From IMG/VR virus record IMGVR_UViG_3300032038_006680, positions 17,264 to 81,263 of that record: a stretch of 64,000 bases of DNA. The stretch is one strand, 5' to 3'. Each line of letters starts with the position of its first letter. The first letter of the stretch is position 1. The notes beneath the pieces were generated by a model. The model searched no databases, was not told the origin of the DNA, and saw nothing but the letters and a program-made list of their open reading frames with translations. The position numbers and the translations under genes are program-made. This DNA comes from a virus (lineage: Duplodnaviria > Caudoviricetes). Shown piece by piece: positions 10,677 through 19,382 of this stretch.

Positions 10677-10727
10677 TCAAGCTTTTTTCAAGCCAAATTC
10701 AAGCCATTTGATTATCAGCTTTATGCT
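10677..10727 (+). promoter_or_regulatory. Three TCAAGC boxes at 11-bp period; the last is a TCAAGC-N17-TATGCT promoter candidate
   Basis: TCAAGC at 10677, 10688 and 10699; GCCAAATTCAAGC direct repeat occurs twice. Confidence 0.5.
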
Positions 10728-10755
10728 ACCCTATCTCTTGTAAGGAGATAAGGAA

Positions 10756-11259
10756 ATGCCACCATATCAGTACGGAAACCCGATGAATGACTTTTACATA
10801 AGGCAGGCCCAGCAGCTCGCGCAGAATCAGCCCCAGTTCCAGCAGGCTCCGCACCAGTATCAGCCGCCCTTGCAGTTTCCGCAACCCGCTCCGCAAGCAC
10901 AGCCTCAGATTGTCGCGAGTATCGTCACGAACATTGACGAGGCAAAGGCCACGAAGGTTGACCCGTATTCAAGGGAATTTAGGAAAGCACTCTTTATCGG
11001 GCAGCTGTACATGGCGGCAAAATGCCTCTGTGACGATGATGATGTCGAGGAAGAGCTTGAAGGTGCGAAGAAGTATATGAATGAGTATCTTGATAACGGA
11101 GAGTCCGCATACAAGGAAATGGCTCGTGACGAACTGAAACACGCGGGAATCCTTATCAAGGAGCATTACAAGCACGCTGACGCTGACATGAAAGCCACGC
11201 TTGAGGAGCACGAGAACGAGCGGCAGGAACTTCTGAAGCGTCTTGAAAAGGAGGAGTAG
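10756..11259 (+). CDS. Q/P-rich hypothetical protein with helical C-terminal part
   Basis: ORF track; RBS AAGGA upstream. Confidence 0.6.
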   Translation: MPPYQYGNPMNDFYIRQAQQLAQNQPQFQQAPHQYQPPLQFPQPAPQAQPQIVASIVTNIDEAKATKVDPYSREFRKALFIGQLYMAAKCLCDDDDVEEELEGAKKYMNEYLDNGESAYKEMARDELKHAGILIKEHYKHADADMKATLEEHENERQELLKRLEKEE

Positions 11260-11262
11260 CTT

Positions 11263-11640
11263 ATGACCGTGACAAAGAAACAGATTGTAAACGGCCTCGT
11301 CAAGTTCATTGAGGAAGACCTTATGGCAGATATCGGCGACAGGAACACCAAGTTCGTGCTCGCAATGGCAAAAGACAGCCTTAAGGAAAACCCCGCTTTC
11401 GTTGACATCTTCCTTCAGAGTCCGATGGTCTCATCGCTCGTCGTGGAGCAGGACGGAGAATATGACCTCACGCACTTTTCTTCTATATTAAAGAGCGTGT
11501 TGTCAGAGTATCAGTCATTCCCTGTGACTATTCCGAAGATACCGCTCTTCTCGCCGACTGAGAAAACGGTAAAGGTGACGGGAGAGGACATCGACAAATT
11601 GATGAAGTATATGATACCGACAGAAGTAACGGCTATGTGA
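11263..11640 (+). CDS. Hypothetical protein
   Basis: ORF track; GGAG RBS. Confidence 0.6.
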   Translation: MTVTKKQIVNGLVKFIEEDLMADIGDRNTKFVLAMAKDSLKENPAFVDIFLQSPMVSSLVVEQDGEYDLTHFSSILKSVLSEYQSFPVTIPKIPLFSPTEKTVKVTGEDIDKLMKYMIPTEVTAM

Positions 11641-11682
11641 AAAAAAGGCGGTTTCTGTTTTTCAGATTCCGCCGATTTTTTT
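11641..11682. terminator. Bidirectional intrinsic terminator
   Basis: A-run, GGCGG..TCTG-loop-CAGA..CCGCC stem, T-run; lies between convergent operons. Confidence 0.65.
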
Positions 11683-11685
11683 AGA

Positions 11686-11868
11686 TTATTGTTTTTCTTC
11701 TAAAAGGGTGTCTAACCACCATGAGGACTTCTCATCCTTAATAGGCTCACCCTTGTCAATTTTTGATTTGATTACGGACTGCTTGCAACGAAAATGCTCC
11801 GCCGCTGTAGTGAATGTGTTGAAAATCATCTGATGACCGAAAGTGTCATTTGCGATTATCTTTGTCAT
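11686..11868 (-). CDS. Small NUMOD1-like HTH protein
   Basis: IFNTFTTAAEHF resembles the NUMOD1 F.S..EAA pattern. Confidence 0.4.
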   Translation of the reverse strand: MTKIIANDTFGHQMIFNTFTTAAEHFRCKQSVIKSKIDKGEPIKDEKSSWWLDTLLEEKQ

Positions 11869-12521
11869 TTATTCTCCGAGGAGTCTTTGTCATTCAGGAA
11901 CTTAAAAGCCCCACCCTTCACAAGCCATGAGACGGCGAAAAATGTAAGCGCACCCATCTCAACCCACCAAGTTTTCGCTGGAAAATGAATAGGTAAAGGC
12001 ATAAGAATCATCACGGCAATCATACCTACCCCGCATACACAGTACACGATATTCCTTATTTTCTTTTTCTTCGTTTTCTCTCCGTCGTGCTTGGTAAACA
12101 GAAACAAGGCGTTAAAAGCGAGCAGAATAAAGAATACCACCGCGCTAGTACAGTGAATTGCGCTAGAAACTTTTGCGGGAACTTGAAAGAATCCTACATA
12201 ATCAGACGATAGGCTACAGTTGCACGGAAACAGGACTATAAGTATTCCGAATACGCCTGAAATCGTGGTCACATAATTGTCAATCTTCTCATAGCCGTCA
12301 TAGCACATAAGAACGATTGAAGCAGCCGTTAAAATACCAGCCAAAGCCGGTGAACAATAGTAAGTCGCTGAAATCGAAAGGTCTGACCAGAACCCTTCCG
12401 TAAGCCCGCCAGTCAGCTTTCCGTAAAGAAACGCACTGAAAAGACTGAGCCAGGGCAAAAGTCCGCCGAGCAGCCCTGCGTAATTCCTTATCCGTCTTTG
12501 CCATACCAACCTGTTATCCAT
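11865..12521 (-). CDS. Multi-pass membrane protein (DUF998-like)
   Basis: 5-6 hydrophobic helices; SISATYY and H...A..FF motifs. Confidence 0.5.
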   Translation of the reverse strand: MDNRLVWQRRIRNYAGLLGGLLPWLSLFSAFLYGKLTGGLTEGFWSDLSISATYYCSPALAGILTAASIVLMCYDGYEKIDNYVTTISGVFGILIVLFPCNCSLSSDYVGFFQVPAKVSSAIHCTSAVVFFILLAFNALFLFTKHDGEKTKKKKIRNIVYCVCGVGMIAVMILMPLPIHFPAKTWWVEMGALTFFAVSWLVKGGAFKFLNDKDSSENK

Positions 12522-12564
12522 ATTTTCCTCCTGTGAAAATATCTGTGATTTTTATTTCTTACGG

Positions 12565-13017
12565 TTAAACAACCGTGAAAAGATAATAATTTGTCAGTTC
12601 CCCGTTTCTCACGGTGTTGCTGTCAACCAAGGTGTCTCCCCACTGTCTGCGGAAATGCGTGTACCTTGTCTTTTGGTTGTACCACCGCTCCACGGTGTAC
12701 ACATTGTCTGAAACTGGCTCAGGCAGCTTCTCCACAATCTCACGCTTCCACTTCTGTCCCGTAAGGTACTCAAGCACCGCCGTGGAATCCTTAACGAAGA
12801 ATTCATCTCCGATATATCCCTTGCTTCTGCAAGCGAGGTAATCAGCGAGAATGTCAACACGGTATCTTGAGTGGTGTGATTCGTTGTACTCCTCGGCAAT
12901 CGAGCAGAGGCAAAGAAAAAGACATGAGTAATCGCCGAACTGTTTTATATCGTCAGCCGATTTCAGCATTTTTGTCTGCAAGCCGATGTATTTTTCCCGA
13001 AGTTTGTTTGCGTTCAT
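12565..13017 (-). CDS. Putative endolysin, papain-like Cys/His peptidase (DUF261-like)
   Basis: IKQFGDYSCLFLCL and YTHF; located right after the spanin pair; no other lysin candidate in the cassette. Confidence 0.5.
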   Translation of the reverse strand: MNANKLREKYIGLQTKMLKSADDIKQFGDYSCLFLCLCSIAEEYNESHHSRYRVDILADYLACRSKGYIGDEFFVKDSTAVLEYLTGQKWKREIVEKLPEPVSDNVYTVERWYNQKTRYTHFRRQWGDTLVDSNTVRNGELTNYYLFTVV

Positions 13018-13034
13018 TTCTCATTCTCCTTATC

Positions 13035-13310
13035 TTACTCGTAAAACTTCTCGTAGATTTCTCGTAATCCGTCATAAAAATCTTCCGTTGATTTGTACCT
13101 TATGCGGAATTCTTCAAGCCGCACAATCCATTCAGAAGGAACGGTTACGGTCCCGTCCTTGTTGTCCGTCATTTCCTCTGCAAGCGGGAAGACAGGGAAG
13201 GCAATATCGGGAACAGTAACCTTCTCAACCGTTACCACCTGAGTGCTTTGACAGGCCGTTAATAGCGTTAGCGACAGTATCGCCAGTATGCAAAGAATCA
13301 ATCTTCTCAT
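13035..13310 (-). CDS. o-spanin (Rz1-like lipoprotein)
   Basis: Lipobox LLTA|C; Pro-rich segment PDIAFPVFP; overlaps the 3' end of the i-spanin by 86 nt. Confidence 0.75.
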   Translation of the reverse strand: MRRLILCILAILSLTLLTACQSTQVVTVEKVTVPDIAFPVFPLAEEMTDNKDGTVTVPSEWIVRLEEFRIRYKSTEDFYDGLREIYEKFYE

Positions 13311-13515
13311 TCGTCTCTTTCTCCAGTTTTGCTTTAAGATTCAAACCGTCTCTGAGGGCGGAATTTTTCTTTTCCAGTTCCTTGATTGTGTATTCGTACT
13401 CTTCGTTTTTCATCTTTGCCAACGACAGCTTTTCAAGAGCCGTCCTCAAAGCAAAAAAAAGAATCATAACTAATAAGACAAGGATAATGATTGTAATTAG
13501 TATTGCGTTTCTCAT
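13225..13515 (-). CDS. i-spanin (Rz-like)
   Basis: Probable ATG at 13515; N-terminal TM (ILITIIILVLLVMILFFAL) followed by coiled coil. Confidence 0.7.
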   Translation of the reverse strand: MRNAILITIIILVLLVMILFFALRTALEKLSLAKMKNEEYEYTIKELEKKNSALRDGLNLKAKLEKETNEKIDSLHTGDTVANAINGLSKHSGGNG

Positions 13516-13523
13516 ATTTTCTC

Positions 13524-14051
13524 CTAGTGCGGAAGCTGATTCATAATTTCGGGTGGAGCGTTCAGCCATTTCAGCAGGACGACTATTACGGCAATTATGA
13601 CAATCCACATAATTTTATCTACGATTCGGTCATACCATTTTGCGAGCATTTTTTCTTTTTTCTGCTCCAATGCTGAAAGTCTGTCATTGACATCTGTTTT
13701 CCACTCAGAGATAGACTGCTCAAAGCCTTTTTTCCATTCCTCTGTAGATTCTTTTATTTCCTTTGTGAATTTTTCGATATTCGTGTTAAGGCTGCTGAGA
13801 TTATTGCTTACGGTGAGGATAAGCGTCTTGTTGTTGTCAATCTGATGCTGCAAATCGTCCCGGATATTGTCCTGGCGTGTCTTAGCATAGTCCATGGCTT
13901 TTGCATAGGCTTTTTCGAGTTTTTCGTCGGCCTCAACATCTTTCTGCTTCAGCTCGGCGATGTCCTCTTTTATGGCGGTGCTGGTAGCTTCAATTCTTCC
14001 GAGCTGGTTTTGCATTTCAAGCAACACTTCCTTGTTCTCCGTGATTTCCAT
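13524..14051 (-). CDS. Coiled-coil protein with C-terminal TM helix (lysis-associated)
   Basis: Heptad-rich; KIMWIVIIAVIVVLLKWL. Confidence 0.55.
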   Translation of the reverse strand: MEITENKEVLLEMQNQLGRIEATSTAIKEDIAELKQKDVEADEKLEKAYAKAMDYAKTRQDNIRDDLQHQIDNNKTLILTVSNNLSSLNTNIEKFTKEIKESTEEWKKGFEQSISEWKTDVNDRLSALEQKKEKMLAKWYDRIVDKIMWIVIIAVIVVLLKWLNAPPEIMNQLPH

Positions 14052-14054
14052 GAG

Positions 14055-14318
14055 CTAATCTCCTTTTTCTGAAATTTTTTCTATAAGCCGCTGGAATGTT
14101 TTGAAGATTGTGTCGTAAAAAAGCGTTGCACCCGTTACGGCAACCCAGACTTGCAAGGCCTTTAAGGGAAGGTACATGGCGGCTACCGCGACACCCGCCC
14201 CGATTACAAGGGTCGCAATCGTCCAGATTTTCTTTCCGCCTTTATTTATGAAATTTTTGATTACTCCGACGGTCCCGACTATCGCGATCATCGTCCAAAG
14301 AATAAGCTCTGTCTCCAT
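14055..14318 (-). CDS. Putative holin
   Basis: 87 aa, 2-3 TM segments, charged C-terminus, within the lysis cassette. Confidence 0.6.
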   Translation of the reverse strand: METELILWTMIAIVGTVGVIKNFINKGGKKIWTIATLVIGAGVAVAAMYLPLKALQVWVAVTGATLFYDTIFKTFQRLIEKISEKGD

Positions 14319-14516
14319 TTACTTTGCCTCCTCATGTTTGATTCTCTCTTCGAGCCAGTATCTGTAACTCTCCATTGCCTTGACCTGCTCGGCGAGCATA
14401 CGAAGCCCCTCCGCATCAGAGCCGTAAGGCGGGGCTTCAATGGCTTTGCGAGCCTTTTTGATTTTCCCGCACAGTTCATCTTTTTCTGTAATCATTCGTT
14501 TTACGAATTCTTTCAT
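14319..14516 (-). CDS. Small helical phage protein (crAss001_48-like)
   Basis: KRMITEKDEL...LAEQVKAMESY...LEERI pattern. Confidence 0.45.
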   Translation of the reverse strand: MKEFVKRMITEKDELCGKIKKARKAIEAPPYGSDAEGLRMLAEQVKAMESYRYWLEERIKHEEAK

Positions 14517-14695
14517 TTATAAAAATCCTCCCATTCCCGTTCCGTTGACGGAACTCCGTTTACATATTCCTTACACTCGGTCTCTGCCGTGTAAGTAAAT
14601 AAGTCGCGTACAAGGCAGAACCCATACGGTTTATTCTCTTTCTTTCCGCAATCAACCCAGCAAATACAGGTCTCGCAAAGCGTCTTTTTATCCAT
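14513..14695 (-). CDS. Small Cys-rich hypothetical protein
   Basis: CETCICWVDC...FC...EC. Confidence 0.5.
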   Translation of the reverse strand: MDKKTLCETCICWVDCGKKENKPYGFCLVRDLFTYTAETECKEYVNGVPSTEREWEDFYK

Positions 14696-14912
14696 CTGTC
14701 TTTTGCATGTACACCGTAAGCCCCGCCGCCTCGTAGTGTTTCATGCCCTCCTCTATCCGGGAGCGTTTCTCGTGCTCGTAAAGGACAACGAGCCAGCCGC
14801 CGGATTTCCCCTGCGTTATGCTCGGTGACGACGCTTTGCCGTCAAGTTCTTTGAGTGCCTTAACGGCTTCTTTCTCACTGTCATAAATTTTCTTGTAGAT
14901 AATTCTGAACAC
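14688..14912 (-). CDS. Stand-alone SPOR-like domain protein (tentative)
   Basis: Probable GTG start at 14912, 6 nt after a -10 box; GGWLVVL...KHYEAAGL resembles a SPOR beta-alpha unit. Confidence 0.35.
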   Translation of the reverse strand: MFRIIYKKIYDSEKEAVKALKELDGKASSPSITQGKSGGWLVVLYEHEKRSRIEEGMKHYEAAGLTVYMQKTDG

Positions 14913-14918
14913 GGTTTT

Positions 14919-14989
14919 ATGATATGAGAGATAAAAACAGAGCTTAAACAACTTCTTTATTTAAGCCTCATTTTTTGCCGTGCTACCCT
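14919..14989. promoter_or_regulatory. Divergent pair of TTAAGC-N17-TAnnnT promoters
   Basis: Minus strand: TTAAGC at 14947-14942, TATCAT at 14924-14919. Plus strand: TTAAGC at 14961-14966, TACCCT at 14984-14989. Each is followed by a start codon 6 nt later. Confidence 0.6.
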
Positions 14990-14995
14990 ATCGGC

Positions 14996-16516
14996 ATGAT
15001 GAACCCGATATGTGCGAAATGTATCTATCTCACAAGTGAAAAAGAAAAATTCAGAAGATGTCCCGCTATCCCGATTTTTCACCGCGATATGCTCTGCTCG
15101 AACAGCGAGAATGCGAGGAAAGACCATGTTGACGGGGTGGCGTATAAGCCGTTTTGCGAGGAAGTGAACCGCCACGGCGAGTGCCTTGTGTATATGCCAA
15201 AAGGTCTTGAATCTCCGAAAATCGTGTTTGATGATTTGGATAATGTCGTGCGTATCTGCGGGACAAAGCCTTTTGTGGTCACTTATGATGACGGAGAATT
15301 AAATGCAAACCTCCCTGAATCGGGAATATATGACGAGGAAACAAAGGTTTATTCAGAGGAATTCAGTCTTCCTCATACCTGCAAGGTAAACGCCGCTTGC
15401 GTTGAGGACGGCGTACTTTCAGAGACAGCTACCCTTTTCTGTGAGATACCCGATACTCCTGAAATCGAGTTTGATAAGGCTACTAACACCGTCATAATCA
15501 AGTCTTACAACAAGGTCTACTTCACTACTGACGGAAAGAATGTTACTGAGGATTCTCCTGTTTACACAGGGCCTTTTGTCATTGACCACAATACCACGGT
15601 CAAGTGCCGCTCATACGCGAGGGAAGATTTCTCCGAGCAGGTTTCAATGCTCTGCATTTCCATCGAGCCACCTGTTATTGACTTCAACGCTGACTTGAAC
15701 GAGGTCTCAATTTCCGCTGACGACAAGATTCTCTATTCTACTGACGGAAGCGATATTTACGATGACGCGGCTGAATACGACGGCCCGTTTGTAATTAATA
15801 AGAACACTGTCGTAAAGGCAGCCTGTATCGTAGACGGAGAGCTTTCTGAGCAGGTTGAGCTTGAGTGCAAGGTTCCTAATGTTCCTGTCATCACTTACGA
15901 CCAGACTACCCACAAGGTTACGATTGAAAGTGAGAACGAAGTACGCTACACGACTAACGGAGAAGATGTGAAGAAAAAAGATGTGCTCTACTCTGCCCCA
16001 TTTTCAATTACCGAGACCTGCACGGTCAAGGCTGTTTCCGTTGTGGGTGACAGGATGAGCGAGCAGGCAGAACTCCTCTGTGTATTCGTTTCTGCCCCAA
16101 AGATTACTTTTGACCCTGACACCAATACGGTCTCAATCACAGGCGAGGACAAAATTCTTTATTCAACTGACGGCTCAAAGATTTACGATGACGCTGAGGA
16201 ATATACGGAGCCGTTTGTCATTATGAAGAATACGACTGTAAAGGCCGCCTGCATTAAGGACGGAGTTCTCTCCGATGAAGTTACCCTCACCTGCAAGGTT
16301 CCGAGCGTACCAACCATCACATTTGATTCAAAGACAAAGACTGTCACGATTAAGGGAGAGAATACAATCCTCTACACCACGGACGGAAGCGATGTAAAGA
16401 AAAAGGACGCTGAGTATAAGACTGCGTTCAAAATTACTGCTACTACCACGGTCAAGGCAAGGACTATTGTTGATAACAGGTTGTCTGAGCAGGCTGAGTT
16501 GGAGTGCGTGATTTAA
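14996..16516 (+). CDS. Protein with a Cys-rich N-terminus and six tandem CHB_HEX_C/Fn3-associated-like domains
   Basis: Repeats of P.I.FD...V.I....I.Y(S/T)TDG.......Y..PF.I..(N/T)T.VKA; probable ATG at 14996. Confidence 0.7.
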   Translation: MMNPICAKCIYLTSEKEKFRRCPAIPIFHRDMLCSNSENARKDHVDGVAYKPFCEEVNRHGECLVYMPKGLESPKIVFDDLDNVVRICGTKPFVVTYDDGELNANLPESGIYDEETKVYSEEFSLPHTCKVNAACVEDGVLSETATLFCEIPDTPEIEFDKATNTVIIKSYNKVYFTTDGKNVTEDSPVYTGPFVIDHNTTVKCRSYAREDFSEQVSMLCISIEPPVIDFNADLNEVSISADDKILYSTDGSDIYDDAAEYDGPFVINKNTVVKAACIVDGELSEQVELECKVPNVPVITYDQTTHKVTIESENEVRYTTNGEDVKKKDVLYSAPFSITETCTVKAVSVVGDRMSEQAELLCVFVSAPKITFDPDTNTVSITGEDKILYSTDGSKIYDDAEEYTEPFVIMKNTTVKAACIKDGVLSDEVTLTCKVPSVPTITFDSKTKTVTIKGENTILYTTDGSDVKKKDAEYKTAFKITATTTVKARTIVDNRLSEQAELECVI

Positions 16517-16541
16517 GCTAATTTTTTTTCTGAACTACTCT
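16513..16541 (+). promoter_or_regulatory. TTAAGC-N17-TACTCT promoter candidate
   Basis: Same motif with T-tract spacer, upstream of the HNH/PAPS-reductase/MTase operon. Confidence 0.6.
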
Positions 16542-16707
16542 GAGTTTCAGCAGATGTAAGCAATCTGCTGAATAAAACATTGGAGTGATGAGAAGCTTTA
16601 TTAAATTCGGTTTGTAACGGTTCTTTTCCAATGGGGAACTGTGAAGGTGTGCTTGACCGCAAGCCGAATCCAATAAGGCTTTTTGTTTGCTCCGAACAGG
16701 AGTAGTT

Positions 16708-17346
16708 ATGACAGAAAATGATTTTTTGCTTCAGGACCGAATAGCAAAAATCAAATCAATCAACGAGCAGGAAAATGTAATAGGTGAAGTTTGGAAAAAA
16801 TGCGTTGACTATGAAGATTTGTATCTAATTTCAAATAAGGGGCGAATAAAAAGTGTCCCTAGAACCATTGAATTTATAAAATATGGGAAAAAATATAGTC
16901 GTAAAGTTTACGAAAGAATTTTGAAACTTAATAAACAATTTAATGGATATTTATCAGTTACAGTTTCTAGTTCTAACTTCCCCAAAGGAAAAAAAGAATT
17001 AGTTCATCGTTTAGTTGCAAAAACTTTTATTCCTAATCCAAGTAACTTACCGTGTATAAACCATAAAGATGAATGTAAGTCAAATAATAGTGTAGAAAAT
17101 TTAGAATGGTGTGATAAAAGTTACAATGCATTATATGGAACATGTCAAGAAAGAGTTAAAAAACACAAAATAAAACCTGTATACATGCTTGATAAATCCA
17201 CTGAAAAGATTATTAAAAAATTCACATCTATTTCAGACGCTGCTAAAGAAACTGGTGCTCAAATTGCAAATATAAGTGCAGTGGCTCGTGGGCGTGCAAA
17301 AACTGCTTGTGGTTATAAATGGAAATATGCAAATAAAGAGGAATAA
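16708..17346 (+). CDS. NUMOD4-HNH-NUMOD1 homing endonuclease
   Basis: EVWKKCVDYEDLYLISNKGRIKS (NUMOD4), VHRLVAKTF...INHKDECKSNNSVENLEW (HNH), KFTSISDAAKETG (NUMOD1); AT-rich; ATG at 16708 after CAGGAG. Confidence 0.9.
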   Translation: MTENDFLLQDRIAKIKSINEQENVIGEVWKKCVDYEDLYLISNKGRIKSVPRTIEFIKYGKKYSRKVYERILKLNKQFNGYLSVTVSSSNFPKGKKELVHRLVAKTFIPNPSNLPCINHKDECKSNNSVENLEWCDKSYNALYGTCQERVKKHKIKPVYMLDKSTEKIIKKFTSISDAAKETGAQIANISAVARGRAKTACGYKWKYANKEE

Positions 17347-17353
17347 AAAAGAA

Positions 17354-18268
17354 ATGACAGAAAATGAATTTATATTATCTGACAGAATAGCAAAAATACA
17401 AAGCATAAACGCCATATATGGCTTAGAGCATAATGCTTATGTTTCGTTTTCTGGCGGAAAGGATTCTACCGTGCTGCATTACCTTATTGATGAAGCTTTG
17501 CCTGGAAATAAAATACCAAGAGTATTTTTTAATACAGGCATTGAATATAAGGCAATTCTTTCTTTTGTAAGGGAAATGGCAGCAAAGGATGAACGCTTTG
17601 TCATTTATACTGTCGGTAAGAATATAAGGGAAACTTTACAGGCCGTAGGCTATCCATTTAAGTCAAAGGAACATTCTCAGAAACTCTATGAATGGAAAAG
17701 AGGAATACACAGTAAATCTCACCGCAAATATTTTAGGGAAGAAGCAGACGGTTTCTCTCCTTGTCCTAAAGCATTGATGTATCAGATACAGCCGGATTTC
17801 AATCTTAATATCTCTCACTTCTGTTGCTATGAGTTCAAAAAGAAGCCAGCGAAAGATTATTCTAAGGAAAGCGGCAGAAAAATCACTATTACGGGAATGA
17901 TGAAAGCAGAGGGAGGACAGAGAACTACCCTCAACTGCATTGTAACCGATTCAAAAAGCGGAAAAGTAAAAAAGTTTCACCCAATGGCAGTAGTTTCTCA
18001 GGAATGGGAAAACTGGTACATATCTCAGAAATCAATAAAGTTATGTGAATTGTATTACCCGCCTTATAGCTTTGAAAGGACAGGTTGTAAGGGCTGCCCT
18101 TACAACCTGCATTTACAGGAATACCTTGATACTCTTGAAAAAGCGCTGCCTGCTGAAAGAAAACAGTGTGAATTCATCTGGAAACCTGTTTATGACGAGT
18201 ACAGACGAATTGGCTACAGATTACGGAAAGAAGATAATCAGCCGTCTTTATTCGGAGGTCAGATATGA
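17354..18268 (+). CDS. PAPS-reductase-like (PP-loop) protein
   Basis: VSFSGGKDSTVL; FCC; RTGCKGCPY; probable ATG at 17354. Confidence 0.85.
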   Translation: MTENEFILSDRIAKIQSINAIYGLEHNAYVSFSGGKDSTVLHYLIDEALPGNKIPRVFFNTGIEYKAILSFVREMAAKDERFVIYTVGKNIRETLQAVGYPFKSKEHSQKLYEWKRGIHSKSHRKYFREEADGFSPCPKALMYQIQPDFNLNISHFCCYEFKKKPAKDYSKESGRKITITGMMKAEGGQRTTLNCIVTDSKSGKVKKFHPMAVVSQEWENWYISQKSIKLCELYYPPYSFERTGCKGCPYNLHLQEYLDTLEKALPAERKQCEFIWKPVYDEYRRIGYRLRKEDNQPSLFGGQI

Positions 18269-19011
18269 GTTACGACCTCAGACACGGCGACTGCTATGAG
18301 ATTATCCCTACGCTGCCCGACAATTCCATAGACCTTGTAATTTCAGACCCGCCTTATCAGTTCGGAACGATTCACGGCTCCGGTATGTTCAGCGAAAAGA
18401 ACTATGAGAAATACGGACGGACAAGGAACATCAATATGCTTCACAACTTGGAGAAACTTGATTCAATCGTATTCGAGCCTATAAAGCTCCTTGATATGCT
18501 TGAGCCTAAGATGAAGTCCTTCTACGGATATTTCTTCTGTAACAAAATGCTTGTCGCTGATTATATCAGTTGGGCGAAAAGCCGTGGATATACTTTTGAC
18601 ATTCTCACGATGATAAAGAAAAACCCCATACCCGCAAAATCAACACATCATCTTTCTGACATTGAGTACATCGTCCTTATACGCGGCAAAAAGACTTATT
18701 GGCAGGGGAAAGGCCTGGAAATGGACGATTACCGCAAGTGGTTTATGACGACCTGCCAGAAGCGTATTCACCCTGCTGAAAAGCCTGTCGAGCTTCTTGA
18801 AAGGTTCGTGCGTGTAAGCTGTCCTGAGAACGGTCTTATCTTTGATCCTTTTGCAGGAAGTGGTAGTACAGGAATTGCTTGCCTAAATAATAGGCGTAAT
18901 TTTATCGGCATTGAAAAGGATGACAATTATTTCGAGCTTGCAAGCAAAAGAATTAAGGACCGTCAGGACGAAATAAACGGAGTGGGAAGTTTGTTCGAGG
19001 GGATGTTATGA
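18265..19011 (+). CDS. DNA N6-adenine/N4-cytosine methyltransferase (beta class)
   Basis: ISDPPY, HPAEKP, FDPFAGSGST. Confidence 0.9.
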   Translation: MSYDLRHGDCYEIIPTLPDNSIDLVISDPPYQFGTIHGSGMFSEKNYEKYGRTRNINMLHNLEKLDSIVFEPIKLLDMLEPKMKSFYGYFFCNKMLVADYISWAKSRGYTFDILTMIKKNPIPAKSTHHLSDIEYIVLIRGKKTYWQGKGLEMDDYRKWFMTTCQKRIHPAEKPVELLERFVRVSCPENGLIFDPFAGSGSTGIACLNNRRNFIGIEKDDNYFELASKRIKDRQDEINGVGSLFEGML

Positions 19012-19382
19012 AAGGTTATAAGAAAGCATTTGATTTTTTAGGATTTTCTGTTGAGGTATGGCTCGTAGATTCCGTACCCAATGGTCACCGAGCTGAAGCA
19101 CTGGCAGGAGTTGAACCGCACAAACCGAACAGTCCTATCGTTCAGATATGGTTTAAGGGACTTGTAAATCCGACTATGGTAGTCCACGAGTGCTGGCATT
19201 TGTATATGGAAATGCTTTCTGCAATGGATAACAAGGCTCATTGGTTTGATGAGTTAAACTCGGAGATATACGCTTATTCATTTCACAGTCTATTCGTTGA
19301 AGTTTTGGAGAGTGTTACAGGAATGAAAGAATATCATCGTCTTTGGGACGAAAAAGATAAAATCAAGGAGAAAAAAGAATGA
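19008..19382 (+). CDS. HExxH-motif protein
   Basis: VVHECWHLY. Confidence 0.5.
   Translation: MKGYKKAFDFLGFSVEVWLVDSVPNGHRAEALAGVEPHKPNSPIVQIWFKGLVNPTMVVHECWHLYMEMLSAMDNKAHWFDELNSEIYAYSFHSLFVEVLESVTGMKEYHRLWDEKDKIKEKKE

Noticed and set aside
16708-17420. Group I intron housing the NUMOD4-HNH gene
   Set aside because: The target N-terminus is duplicated, so splicing is unnecessary; only about 7 nt separate the HNH stop from the next ATG, leaving no room for an intron core.
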